Of a stretch of DNA of 64,000 nt, positions 33,637 through 44,850 are shown one piece after another. Below the pieces are notes generated by a model. The model saw nothing but the letters and a program-made list of their open reading frames with translations. It searched no databases and was not told the DNA's origin. The position numbers and the translations under genes are program-made. The stretch is taken from positions 1,006,454 through 1,070,453 of the forward strand of contig NC_133619.1 in NCBI RefSeq assembly GCF_048593235.1, given 5' to 3'. Numbering within the stretch: position 1 is the first letter of the stretch; every line of letters starts with the position of its first letter. Source of the DNA: Sminthopsis crassicaudata (lineage: Eukaryota).

Positions 33637-36600
33637 ATGTCCTACGTGCCCGGGCAGCCGGTCACCGCGGTGGTGGTGAGTGCGGGCGTCCGGGGTCCTC
33701 CGGTGAAGCGGGGCGCGGGGCGAGGAGGCGGAGACGGAGGGCGAGGCCGTGCGGGACGGCGCGCCCCCGAGCGCGGGCTAGGGGAGGGGCAGGCTCGTGC
33801 TCCAGGCGCGCGGAGGGGGGGCACCCGAGGGCACGCCCCTCTTCCTTGAAACTTACAAGACGGGGGGGGGGGGGGGGGGTGCGGCCTGCTGGGCCCGGGC
33901 GCGTCCTCCAGGAAGGGGTCCGCAAGCCCGGGCCCCCCATGACTCCCCGCAGGCAGGCCTGCTCTGCCCCATTTCCCGCTTGTGCATAAGCCAGCGAGAG
34001 GGGGAGGGGTGTGGGGGAGCCTCAGCCCCTCCTGAGGTCTGGGGGGGAGGGGGAGGAGGACTTGTCTCCGTGGCCCCAAGGCCGGTCAGAAGCGCCCCAT
34101 CCGGCCCAGGAGCCCCCCAGCTGCCCTTTGTGCCAGGAGCCTGGGGAGCCCTCGGGCTCCGGGAAAGCACCCACTGCGTGCCAGGCTCGGAGCAGGAGGG
34201 CTGGGAGCAGACGCAGACGGACAGGCGGGGGCGGGGGAGCCGAGGGAGGGACTCGGAGGGCAGTAGTAACACAGGACAGCTGACTTGCAGCTTCCGGAAG
34301 ACTGCGCCTGGAGGCTGGGCTCTGGCTGCTCCCCTCTCCCGGGACCCCCCACGGGGCCCCTCCCTGGGCTGCCCTGGTCTCTGCCTTCCTTGGGGGAGGG
34401 GCGGGCAGGCTGCCCTTTGGGGGCGGCCGCTGAGTCAGACGCCGGGAATGGCAGCTGATCTCGGGCTGAGTCACCGTTTCCTGGTTCCTGGATGACCTGT
34501 GGGCCCGCTCCCCCCTCCCGAGGCTCGGCCGGTCCGGGCCGGGAGAACAGTTATTAGGCACTGACTGGATACCAGGCCCCGGGCAGAGGCCTCACACCGG
34601 GCACTGCAGTCGGCGGGGGAGTGCAGGGGAGGGGCGTGGCCGGGTGGTGAGAGAGGGAGGAGGTGTGTGTTTGTGGGGCGCTCCCGGGACCCCGAGATTC
34701 CCCCCCCCCAGACACTCCCCAATGTGGCGTCGCTGCAGCCTGGCTTCCTGAAGAGAGCAGCGCTGTGTCCGTCCGTCCTGCTGCCTGTGCCAGGGCAGAT
34801 TTGGAAGCAGGTGTTGGCAGCGGTGGTGGCGGGCAGGCTTTCCCTCGGTCTCCCAGGGATGCGAGTGTGGAGAAGGGTTTTGGGGCACTTCCTGTGGGAC
34901 GTGGCGTCCCCTGCCCTGGTCAGCGGGAACCCACCCAGGCGCGGGTAGCACCCGCTCCTGGGGGCCCGGCTGCTCCAGCTGCTGTGGCCTCGGGCCCCTA
35001 CGCCAAGGGGAGCCAGGGGGCTCATCTCCCTTGGGGGTGGGTACCTTCTGGACCCTCTGTAAGGGAGACGCCTGGGCCGTCCCGGAAGCTGGCAGCGAAC
35101 GTGGGCCCGGAGCCGCTGTCTCCACTGAACGGGGTGGGCCCCGGCCCGTGACCGTTCTCTTTGGGATGCCCAAAGCCCTCGGATCTTTAGTGGGAAAGGG
35201 CGGCCTTGTGGGAGCCTGCCTGGGAGGCCATCATTTAGGGTTCATCTGTCTGCCTCAGTTTACTCGTCTGCAGTAGGGCATCTTCAGGTGCTGAGCCAGA
35301 GCCTGGCAGGAGCTTAAATCCTTCCTTCTCCCTCTCTCCCTCCCTTCAGGTTCTAAAAACCATCCCAGAGCTGGGGGAGCCGGGGCATTCTGGGAAACAG
35401 GGTCTTTCTGGCTTTTTTCCCAAGTGGAGAATAAGCCGAGACAAGGGGGAGGCAGCCTTACCTTTGGGGGTGGAGGAAGGGCATTCGTATGCCAAGAGAA
35501 GTGGGAGGCCAGAGTACGGAGCAGGCTGGGAGGGGCTCCTGCCAGGAAAGGCTCCTGGGACCCCCCCGGCCATCCCCCCCCCCCCCCCCCCCCCCCCGCC
35601 ACCACATGCCCTCACACTGGGAGAAGGACCATGAGATCAACTTCAGCTCTCAAGTCCAAGCAGGCGCTCTCCCTGGCTTGTGGGTTAGCTTTTTCCCCTG
35701 GGGGGGGGGAGGCCTGGGCAGTGCAGGGCCCCTCCCATCATTCCCACAGGGACTGGCTAATGGCTTTTCCCCCTTTTGTAACTAGCAAAGAGTTGAAATT
35801 CACAAACTGCGCCAAGGTGAAAATCTGATTCTTGGATTTAGCATTGGAGGGGGCATCGACCAAGACCCCGCCCAGAACCCCTTCTCCGAGGATAAGACGG
35901 ACAAGGTGAGGAGGCTGCTGATGGGGAGGATGGCCACTGGCGGGGAGGACGGCCGCTGGTGGGGAGGATGGCCACTGATGGGAGGATGGCCACTGATAGG
36001 GAAAGCAGCCACTGGCGGGGAGGATGGCCACTGATGGGAGGATGGCCACTGATAGGGAAAGCAGCCACTGGCGGGGAGGACGGCCGCTGGTGGGGAGGAT
36101 GGCCGCTGGTGGGGAGGATGGCCACTGATGGGAGGATGGCCACTGATAGGGAAAGCAGCCACTGGCGGGGAGGATGGCCGCTGGTGGGAGAGCTGCCTGT
36201 CCTTAGGGCCCCAGCCCTTACTCAAAGCCTCCATCCTGATCAGGCCTTAAATATGTTTGAGCTGCGTGGGGCGGGTGGGAGCGGGGAGAGCCTGCTCTGG
36301 GAGACCCTACGATGATGCTGACCTCCCCACAGGGCATTTACGTCACCAGAGTGTCGGAGGGGGGCCCTGCGGAGGTGGCGGGCCTCCAGATCGGAGACAA
36401 GATAATGCAGGTGAGGAGCCGAGGGAGAGGAGCGGGCCCCCAGAGTTCATCCCCGGACCCCTCCTCACCTTGGCTCAGTCCCCGGCTGAATGCGTCCGCC
36501 CAGCTTGGCCGGCAGCTGGCCTCTCGGTGTCTGACGCCGGATTTGAACTTGGGGCTTCCCGATCCCGGGCTGCCGTTCCGCGGGCGCAGTTCCGCGGGCT

Positions 36601-36972
36601 GCGCCTCGTGGGGAGGGAGTCACTCCCCGGATGCTTGCCTAACTCACTCCCCATGGGCCAGCCTGCTCAGACTGGAGCACCCCATGCAGTGGGTCCCCTC
36701 CAGCACCCCAAATGGGCTCCTTCCGCCCCCCCCCCCAGCTCCAGGGTGAGAGTCAGGTCAGGGGATGCCCTGGACCTGGAGGTCTGCAGGGTCCGAGGCC
36801 CAAGGCCCGAGGACGATGCAGACTGTGTCCGCAGGTCAACGGTTGGGACATGACGATGGTGACCCACGACCAAGCCAGGAAGAGACTCACCAAAAGGAAC
36901 GAGGAGGTGGTGCGGCTGCTGGTGACCCGGCAGGGCCTGCAGAAGGCCGTTCAGCAGTCCATGCTGGCCTAG
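33637..36972 (+). CDS. TAX1BP3: Tax1-binding protein 3 (TIP-1, single PDZ domain), 124 aa. Exons 33637-33675, 35786-35905, 36333-36410, 36835-36972
   Basis: MSYVPGQPVTAVV-QRVEIHKLRQGENLILGFSIGGGIDQDP...GIYVTRVSEGGPAE...VNGWDMTMVTHDQARKRL...QQSMLA-stop. All junctions are phase 0 with canonical sites. Confidence 0.98.
35918..36188. repeat. Compound 18-19-bp minisatellite in TAX1BP3 intron 2
   Basis: Monomers GCCACTGATGGGAGGATG, GCCACTGATAGGGAAAGCA and GCCACTGGCGGGGAGGATG repeated in varying order. Confidence 0.9.
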
Positions 36973-37583
36973 GCCCTCCCTCTGCCGGGAGAGCTGGGCG
37001 GGGGCCGGGGAGCCTGTGGCCCCATCATCACACAGTTAGCTTTCACATCTTGGCCAAAGAGAGTGGGGTGGGCAGTCGGCGGGGCCCCCTCGGGCAGCTG
37101 GGTGAGGTAAACGGAGGCCGAGCGGTGGGGCCGAGGGCCGGGCTCTCCGAGGCTTACGCCGGCCGCCCTTCACCTGTGGGCCTGTTCTCGGGTTGGGCCC
37201 GTTCTCGGGTTGGGCCCGTGCCTCAGCAGATGGGCTCTGCCCCATCAGAGTGCCTCTCCCCGAGCGCGTGCCCGCAGGCTCCGACCCTGAAGGCCGCAGC
37301 CGGACTTTCTCCAGTCCAGACACCAGAGCTGTGGGAGGGAGGGTCACAGCGCCGCCCCCTCTCCCAGAGCTCGGGAGTCCAGGGAACAACGCCCCGTCCT
37401 GCCAGCCTGTGAAGCTGCCCGGGGCACCCCTCCTGGTAACCCGGGCCCCTTTTCTATTTTTCCTAAAAGTTTTCTATGTAGCAGTTTCTATCTCATTTCA
37501 AAAGTGCTAACCCGGTTGGACTGGGTCTGGACAAGCCCAGGGCCCTATTTTTGTGACTGTTGTCGGCCCAGGGCCGGTTTCTC

Positions 37584-37589
37584 AATAAA
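37584..37589 (+). terminator. Candidate proximal TAX1BP3 polyA signal AATAAA
   Basis: AATAAA followed by GU/U-rich sequence, about 610 nt after the stop. Confidence 0.6.
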
Positions 37590-38035
37590 CAAAGCTGGAA
37601 TTGTGCTCTTGCCTCCTCGGTTCTTGGGGGAAATGGCTTCTTTCTTCTGGGGATTTGGGGTTATGGAATGCCTGGGGGGGTTTCCAGTCCAGTGATGTGT
37701 TTACAGCCTGGCTTTTCTGGTTCAGCTGGATGGTCACAATCTCCTTCCAGGCCCTGGAGCGGGATGGTCAGAATCTCCTTCCCAGGGCCAGGAACTGCCC
37801 TTCTTACCCACACTGGGAATCCTCCGCTCAGGCAGAGGCCACAGATCATGTGACAGAGCCCAGAGCTGAGGAGTGGAGTCTCAATATTTTCTTTTTGAAT
37901 GAAGAAGCAGGGATCTCTGGGGGTTTCCCCAGCCCGCCCTCAGGCTTTCTCCACCTGTTAAAGGGGTGGGGCGGGGGCCAGAGGGTCACTAAGGCTAATC
38001 AGAATGGCAAAAAGTGTGGAAAATTAACCATTAGT

Positions 38036-38041
38036 TTTAAT
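38036..38041 (-). terminator. Candidate CTNS polyA signal ATTAAA
   Basis: TTTAAT on +, about 1050 nt past the CTNS stop. Confidence 0.5.
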
Positions 38042-39085
38042 GGAAAGCTCTAGGTTTCTCACACTGATCTTTTAAAAATAAAATACACGGAAAGTAGACA
38101 AAAATCACGTCCACAGCCCACCACCATCATTGCAGAGCTTGCTGGAGCAGAAGCGGGGAGACGCCTGGGAGCGGCGAGGTAACAGCAGAGAACTGGGGTG
38201 CTGGGCGCCCCCCCCCAGTGGCTGCTGGAGGCCTGAGGCCCCCCCCATGAGCACCTGGACCAGGAATGAGGAGGGGCTGACTGCTCTCACAGGGTGTGTG
38301 CATCTGGGAGGATGGCTGAAGCCCATGGGCCCCTCCCCCCAAAACCCCCTGCTTGGGAAATCATGGGGGGAGGACGTTTTGCCATGTGGAGAGGGAGTGC
38401 TTATTCCCAAAGGCAGGGGATGGGGACAGCTCGAAGAGACGCGCCCCCCCAAATGGCGGCTCATGCTTGGGCCGGGCCCATGGGGTTAACAGCCAGGGTC
38501 CGGCTTAGGAAGGAGCCGGCCGGCCCAGCCCCCGGGCAGCGGAGGCTCTGGAGGAGGCCTTCCTAGCAGAAGCCCCCCCCCCCCGCTGGGACGCTTGGAC
38601 AGAGAGCAGCGACAGACAGCAGGCACCCTCCTCCCTCTGGCACGATGCTACTATGGATGCGCCTCTGAACCCGTGAAGGGCGGCGAGAGCCTTAAAAACA
38701 AAACAAAAAAGACGTTTCTCAACACCAGGGGGGGAGTGGAGACGCCCTCGGAGAAAGCAGCCTCTGTCCCGGGGACGCGGGTCCAGTTGCTGGGCCCGCT
38801 CTGGGGGCCGGGGAACCCAGGGCCCGGAGACAGACAGCAAGCCCATCGTCCCAGGCACACGAGTCTCTGGAGCCGGGAGCGGCGGGTTTGAACCTTGGCA
38901 GACAATTGGCTTATGAGCAGAGGGGGGGCCGGGGGGGCCCCGAGGGAACAAGTGAGCGAGGTGAGCGAGGAGCGCGGCAGGACTTCCGGCAGGGTTAGAA
39001 GATGAGGCTCACGCTCTCTGGACGCCAGAGCCACGACCGGCCGTGGCTTCTCGGCCTACAGGAGTGGTGGGGCTGTCCAACAGTG

Positions 39086-42000
39086 CTAGCTGAGCTGCTC
39101 GTACCCTGGCTTCTGTCTATACAAGCAGTAGTGCTGCACGATGAAAATGATGTCAAAGACGATGGAGAACATGCCGAGGCCGAACTTGGTGGGGTCTCCA
39201 AAGATCAGGGTCCACTCATCTGCAAAGACGCAAGACAAGACACATGAGCCTCAGAGCAGCCTTCCTCGGGATGGGCCTGGAGCTCCCCGGGACATGGATG
39301 TGGTCTAACCTGGGACTTGGATATGGTCTAATCTGGGCCATGGTCTAACCTGGGTCATGGGCTGGTCTGGGACAATGTTTAACCTAGGACATGATTTGGC
39401 CTGGGACACAGGCTAACCTAGAACATGGTCTAGCCCAGAACACAATCTGGCCCATGGGGTCCTTCCAGGCCTCACATAACATAGAATGAGCAGTTCATCT
39501 CATGTGGGCACAGGAGGCAGAGGATTCTGGGAGATGAGGGGTCACGGGGCATGAAGTGAGCCTCAAAAGAGCAGGGGGTGTTCGGGAGCCAAAAGCCGGG
39601 CCTCCTGTGCCAGGGTCTGCCAGTCCCCAGCAGAATTAGGACAGCAGAGACAAGGTTGCACCTGGGGTCCCAGATGGGATGTGAAGAGAGGAGGGGGCCC
39701 TAGAGCCCTAACAGCCACTAACAGCAGCTGCTCTAGGCCACGCCTTATGCCCAAGTCTCTGGATGCCTTTCTGGGTTCCTAAGCCTCCCTTGGGGCTGGG
39801 GGACAAGGGTTCTTTGCGGTAAGGGGGCGTCTCCGAGGGGGTTGCCGTTGACCCTGCGGTCCAAGGGGACCGGATGGTTGGAGGGAAAGGATTCCCCGAG
39901 ATGTGCCCGTCAAGTGTGTGACGAAGCCAGATGGGCCCTCATCACCGCTGGGGGCTGGACACTGGGGGGAAGGGCATGGGGGAGTGGGGCAGTCCCATGA
40001 TTCCCCAGGACAGGAGACTCCGGGCTGCCATCCCCAGTGCCCAGAGAGTCCCCCCTGTGAGGCGGGGGCGGGGGAGAGCCGGGCACAGGGCCCCGAGGAC
40101 TGCCTCGTCACACCGTGACTGTGCCGGCCCCAGGATCGTGCCCTCGTTTCTTCCGTGCGTTCTGTCCCAGGGGTTGGGGCCCCGCCCCTGGTGTCACTGT
40201 GCCCAGAGCGCTGGGCCCGAGTTCAGACACTTCCTACTGGCGAGTTCCTGAAATGCTTCCTTCCTCAGTCTCCTCGTCCGTAAAGCCGGGACGGAATACC
40301 AGCACCCGCTCCCAGGCCCGTCATTCTTGTTGCCTTCCCAAAGGCTGGTGGGGGTCCCTGGCAGCTCCAGGGGCACCAGGGCGTGAGTCCGAATCCCCCG
40401 CCTCTGCCACGGGCATCAGCCCCAGCTCAGGTACTTGGCGGAGTTCCTCGGCCCCTCAGCCCCACTCCAGGGAGAACAGGGGGCATTTGTGCCCAGGGCC
40501 CGGCACACAGGGAGGGCACGTGCCGCGTCCTCCACCTTCCCAGGGCCTTCTGCGATCCCGCGAGAAGGCCCCTTCCCCAGAGGCCGGGGCGCACCTCCGA
40601 GGCCACGTTTGTGTCGCTCCCTGCTGATGTGCAGCGGCCTTGGGGACAGGCGGGGGGCATGTGGATATACTGGAACTCAGAACTCATAAATAGTGAGACC
40701 GCCTTCACGTTTACCCACCTGAGCCCTGGTGCCCAGGGTGGGAGCGCGCGGGCCTCTGCCACTCACCGTTGTTGTATGACTGGAAGAACATCTGCAGGAG
40801 GCTGAAGAAGCCTCCCGTGAAGTCCAGGAGCACGTTGCCGATGCTCCAGCCCTCCGTGCTCTTCCGGCGGAAGTTCAGGCACGCCTGGGATGGACAGAGG
40901 GCATGGGGCGGGGGCTGAGACGGCCCCACAGCATCCAACCCCCACAGAGGGTCTTCACCGAGGCCGAGGGGCCTTTCGCTCCCCCCGGGGCCCATCCCCC
41001 GCCCCCGCCTTGGGACCGTCTCTACCTGCGGGAAGTATTTGATCAGGGTGATGGCGAGCTTGATGTAGGAGAAGCAGAAGAGGAACTGCAGCCAGGTGAT
41101 GGCCCCGCCGAGGGCCACACACATCATGACCAGGGCGAAGAGCCAGGACAGCACCAGGAAGGCCACCGAAGCCCTGGACACTCTCTGGTTGCCTCTCTGG
41201 AGGGAGGAAGGGGGCGCCGCTGAGCGGGGACGCCGCCGGGCCCCACAGGCTCAGAGCCAACAGACGGAGGGGCCCCGACGAAGGCCTGCCGGAAGGCCCT
41301 GGGGGGCCAAAGCCCATCCTTCCTCTAAGCCTTCTCCGCCCCAGAGGCCAAAGAGCTGGTGCTGCCAGGGGGGAGCTCCCTGCCACCCACCGGCTCCCCG
41401 AGGGAGGGTTTCGCCAGCCCGTCTGTGCCCACGGAGGGTCCTCTGCCCGCCTGGCGGCAATGCGGGACACCAGCCTCGGGCCATTCCGGGGACACCCACC
41501 TCGTACAGGAAACACTGCACGATGACCACCAGTGTGAGGGCCACTGCGTGGAGGCTGAAGAAGACGTCGTTGCTGTCCACGGGGTTAATGCCGGCGGGGT
41601 ATTGGTGAAGAAACTGCTCCTGAGGGGCCCAAGCAGAGTCACCGTGAGCTGGAGGGCCGTGTGGGCCGATGCTGGGGACTGGGGATGGGCAGGCCGGGGT
41701 CAGAGGGAATCCAGCCTCACCTTGATGTAGGGCACCCAAAAGAGACCGATGTTAAACACAGCGTACGCGATGAAGCCGGTGAGGTTGAGGGCGATGAAGT
41801 CAAAGCTGAGGCCGACCACGCTACGGGACAAGGAGCCCGGAGCCCGCTTTCAGAGCTCGGGGCCCGCCAGAGACACGTGGAGCGTCTCCCCCGGGGCTTC
41901 TGCTGGCCGCCCCTTCCTTAGAAGGCCCCCAGTGGGGACAGGCAAGCATGGGGAGACCGAACTCCGGATCAGAACCAGTGGTGGAACGGAGGTCAGACGC

Positions 42001-44134
42001 GGAAGGGGCCAAACTGTGCCGTGGGTGAGGGCGACCCGGTCACTGGTGAGAGGCAGCCCCTTCCCACTCCCGGAGGCCGGGGTCCTTCTCTGAGCCCCCC
42101 TGAGGTTCGGGGATCACTCCTGGCGACATGGCCGCAGGGGTGCGTGGGGGGGGACTGCGTGCACCCGGGGCCCAAAGGAGGGAGGGGGGGTGGAGCCCTG
42201 GCCCAGGCATGTCTGTCTGAGGAGCCCCACACTAAGGGCTCTCCCGCCCACATTCTCCCCGCCCTGCCTGCCCGGCTGAGGAGGACGGGGCCCGACCTCC
42301 AGCGGCCGCCGGCCTGGCCAGCAGAGCCAAGCTTCTGGGCGCCAGCAGGGAGAGTGGCCCCGACCGGCCCACGGGGGCTGCTGCCTCCCGGGCAGGGTCT
42401 CTGGGGGGAGGGGGCAGCTCTCCCCGGAGCCCCCGGACCTTTACCTTTTGCGTTTCCAGTTCTCAAACACCTGAGGGTAGAAGGAGACGGACCAGGCCAA
42501 GAAGTAGATCCAGCCGATGACCTGGTTGAGCCACTCCAGCGCTTGGCTGCGGAACACCAAGAAGTGGACCAGGGCGCTGCAAAGGGTAGGGGCGGGGTCA
42601 GGGCGGCTCCCCGGCGGCCAGGCTCCGCCCTCGCCGGCTAGGCTCCGCCCCACTCACCTGGTCTGGTTGGAGCCATTGAGGCGGAGAAGGAGAGTCACCT
42701 GGCCCACGTCCAGCCCCCTCACGGAAAAACACGTGGCTTTCTGCCCCTCCGGCACCGGGACCTGTGAGGGGGCACAGGGACCTGCCCATGCGGCCTCCGC
42801 CCGCCCCGTTCCCAGGGGACCCCCCCCAACGTCCGCGAGGCGCTTACTTCGTCAGGGAACTCGAGCACGCTTTTGTTCTGGTTCTTCGAAGCGTAGACGA
42901 CGTCCAAGGTCACGGCTGAGGGCACGTCCAGTGCAGCCCTGCGGAGAACCAGGACAGGGAGTCGGGGAGCGCCCTCCCCTGGGGGCGGAGGGTTCCAGGT
43001 GGTCTTTGGAGGGAAGGAAGGGGGAAGGGGGGGAGGGAGGGAAGGGGAGAGGAAGAGGAAGGTGAAAGGGGGAAAGCAGGGATGGGAGGGAAGGAGAGGA
43101 GGAGAGGGAGGAGGAAGGAAGAGGGGAGAGAAGAGGGAGGTAGAGAAGGGAAGAAAGGGAAAGCGGAGAGGGGAGGAAGAAAAGCGGGAAGGGAGGGGAA
43201 GGTGGGAGCAGGAGGGGAAGGATAGAGGAGAGGGAGGGAGGGGGAGAGAGGAGGGGAGGGAAGCTTAGGGTTGGCAAGGATGAAACCCCAAAGCCTTCAG
43301 CCAGGAGGCAAGCTCCCACCAGGGGGCGGGCTCTCCGAGGTGGGGGCGAGGCGGCAGACAGGTGGGGGGGAGGGGGCAGAAGGACCTCACCCGGCAGTCC
43401 TGGGGGCCCCGGCGCACTCACCCCAGGGTGAAGGTCACGTTTTTGCAGCTCCCGTTTTCCAGTTTCACCACGCGAGGGGCAGAGAGATTCCCAGAAGCAC
43501 CTGATGGCAGCAGATAAGCAGAGCTTCCTCTCAGAAGCCTGCCCACTCCTCAGGGGGCATGGGGGGGAGGGGAAGGGGGCCGGAGCAAGGCCAGCCGCCA
43601 GCTTCCCTCCTGGCCCCCAAGGGCCCAGGGGGGCATGGACCCTCCGCTCCGCTGCCCGGGGCCGTGACCATGTGATCAGCGGGGGGGGGGGGGGGGCTTC
43701 CCTAGCCCCCAGAGGCCAGACCAGGCGTCCCCCCCAGTCCCGCCCCCGGGCCCTGCTCGCCTCCGCCCCAACATTTTGGGGCGCTGCTGCTTCCACTCCC
43801 GGGGAGCGCCCCCTCTCTGGCTGGCTCCCCTGCCCGTTCTCTGGGTCAGGGCTCCCTGGGGGCGGCCCTGCCCTCCCTGCCAAGACCTTCATCAGCTCTG
43901 CAGCCTCCCCCCTTCCTCCACCGCCAGCCCTGGACATCCCGCAGCCTGGAGGTCCCTGGAGGGGGCGGGGCAGTGTGGAGGGCTCCGCCGGGCAGAGCCT
44001 CCTGGAGCCTGGCCTCGGGGATGCTGAGGGGCTCGGAGTGAGGGGTCCCCGCGGGCCTCCCCCCACTCACCGCACACTTCCCGCAGCTCCGACACCAGGA
44101 GGAGCCACCACCAGGACCACGACCACCTGGGCAT
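39086..44134 (-). CDS. CTNS: Cystinosin, lysosomal cystine/H+ symporter, 370 aa. Exons 44071-44134, 43422-43500, 42848-42938, 42658-42761, 42445-42576, 41721-41820, 41500-41619, 41026-41196, 40767-40884, 39086-39219
   Basis: Phase-continuous exons. N-glycosylated luminal N-terminus, two PQ motifs (SFYPQ, KYFPQA), [26 protein letters not shown], and the C-terminal lysosomal signal GYEQL. Confidence 0.97.
43013..43262. repeat. Polypurine low-complexity tract in CTNS intron
   Basis: G/A-only run on +. Confidence 0.9.
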
Positions 44135-44598
44135 GTTCGAGCCTTGGGGGGAGGGGGTTTAAGGAGTCAGGGGTGGGGGCTTTCAACAGATCCCCCTCCC
44201 CCACCCCAAGCTCCGAGACCTTCTCCCAGGCCTCTCCCAGAGCCCCCTCCCTCGTGCGGAGGGACCCCGTACAAGGCTGTCCCCCCAGACACACTCTTTC
44301 CTCACGAGGGGGCGTGTTTACACTTGAAATCCCCCTCCTCCTTCAGGGGCGCCCAGGACCGTAACCTCCAGCCGCTTCCCTGTGGGGGCGCCCAGAGCTG
44401 GTACCCCCAGACCCCGCTCCCGGCCTTAGGGCTCCAAGGGGAGCGGGCGGGATCGGGGCCGCCCGGCGGGGAGCGCACAGCGGGAGCCGGGCTCGCACGG
44501 ACGCCGGCCCGGCCTCCGCCCCCGCCAGGCTGGAGCTCCGGCGCCGGGACTCGCGGGGCCCCCCGGGAAGGGCGGGAGACGCTGCCCGGCTCACTCAC

Positions 44599-44850
44599 CG
44601 CCGGCGAGGAAGCAGGAGAGGAAGCGGGGCCGGGGCGGCGCAGGGAAGTGTTGCTCGGCCGCCCCGCGGCTACTTGGGGCCGCCCGGGTGTGGCGTCATG
44701 GCACGCCCCGAGACCGCCGACCAATAGGCGGAGAGAGCAGTTCGGCGCCCCGCCCCGCGCCGTCCCGCCCCCCAGGAGCGGTCTGCGCCTGCGTCCCTCG
44801 CCCTCCGGTCTGCGCCTGCGCTTGCGCGGGCTTATCCGCCGTTTGGAACC
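44599..44850. promoter_or_regulatory. Bidirectional promoter CTNS/SHPK, including CTNS non-coding exon 1 (donor at 44599)
   Basis: CpG island. ETS GGAAGTG, CRE-like TGGCGTCA 44691-44698, CCAAT 44721-44725, duplicated NRF1-like TGCGCCTGCG at 44784 and 44811. Minus-strand donor CG|GTGAGT. Confidence 0.8.
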
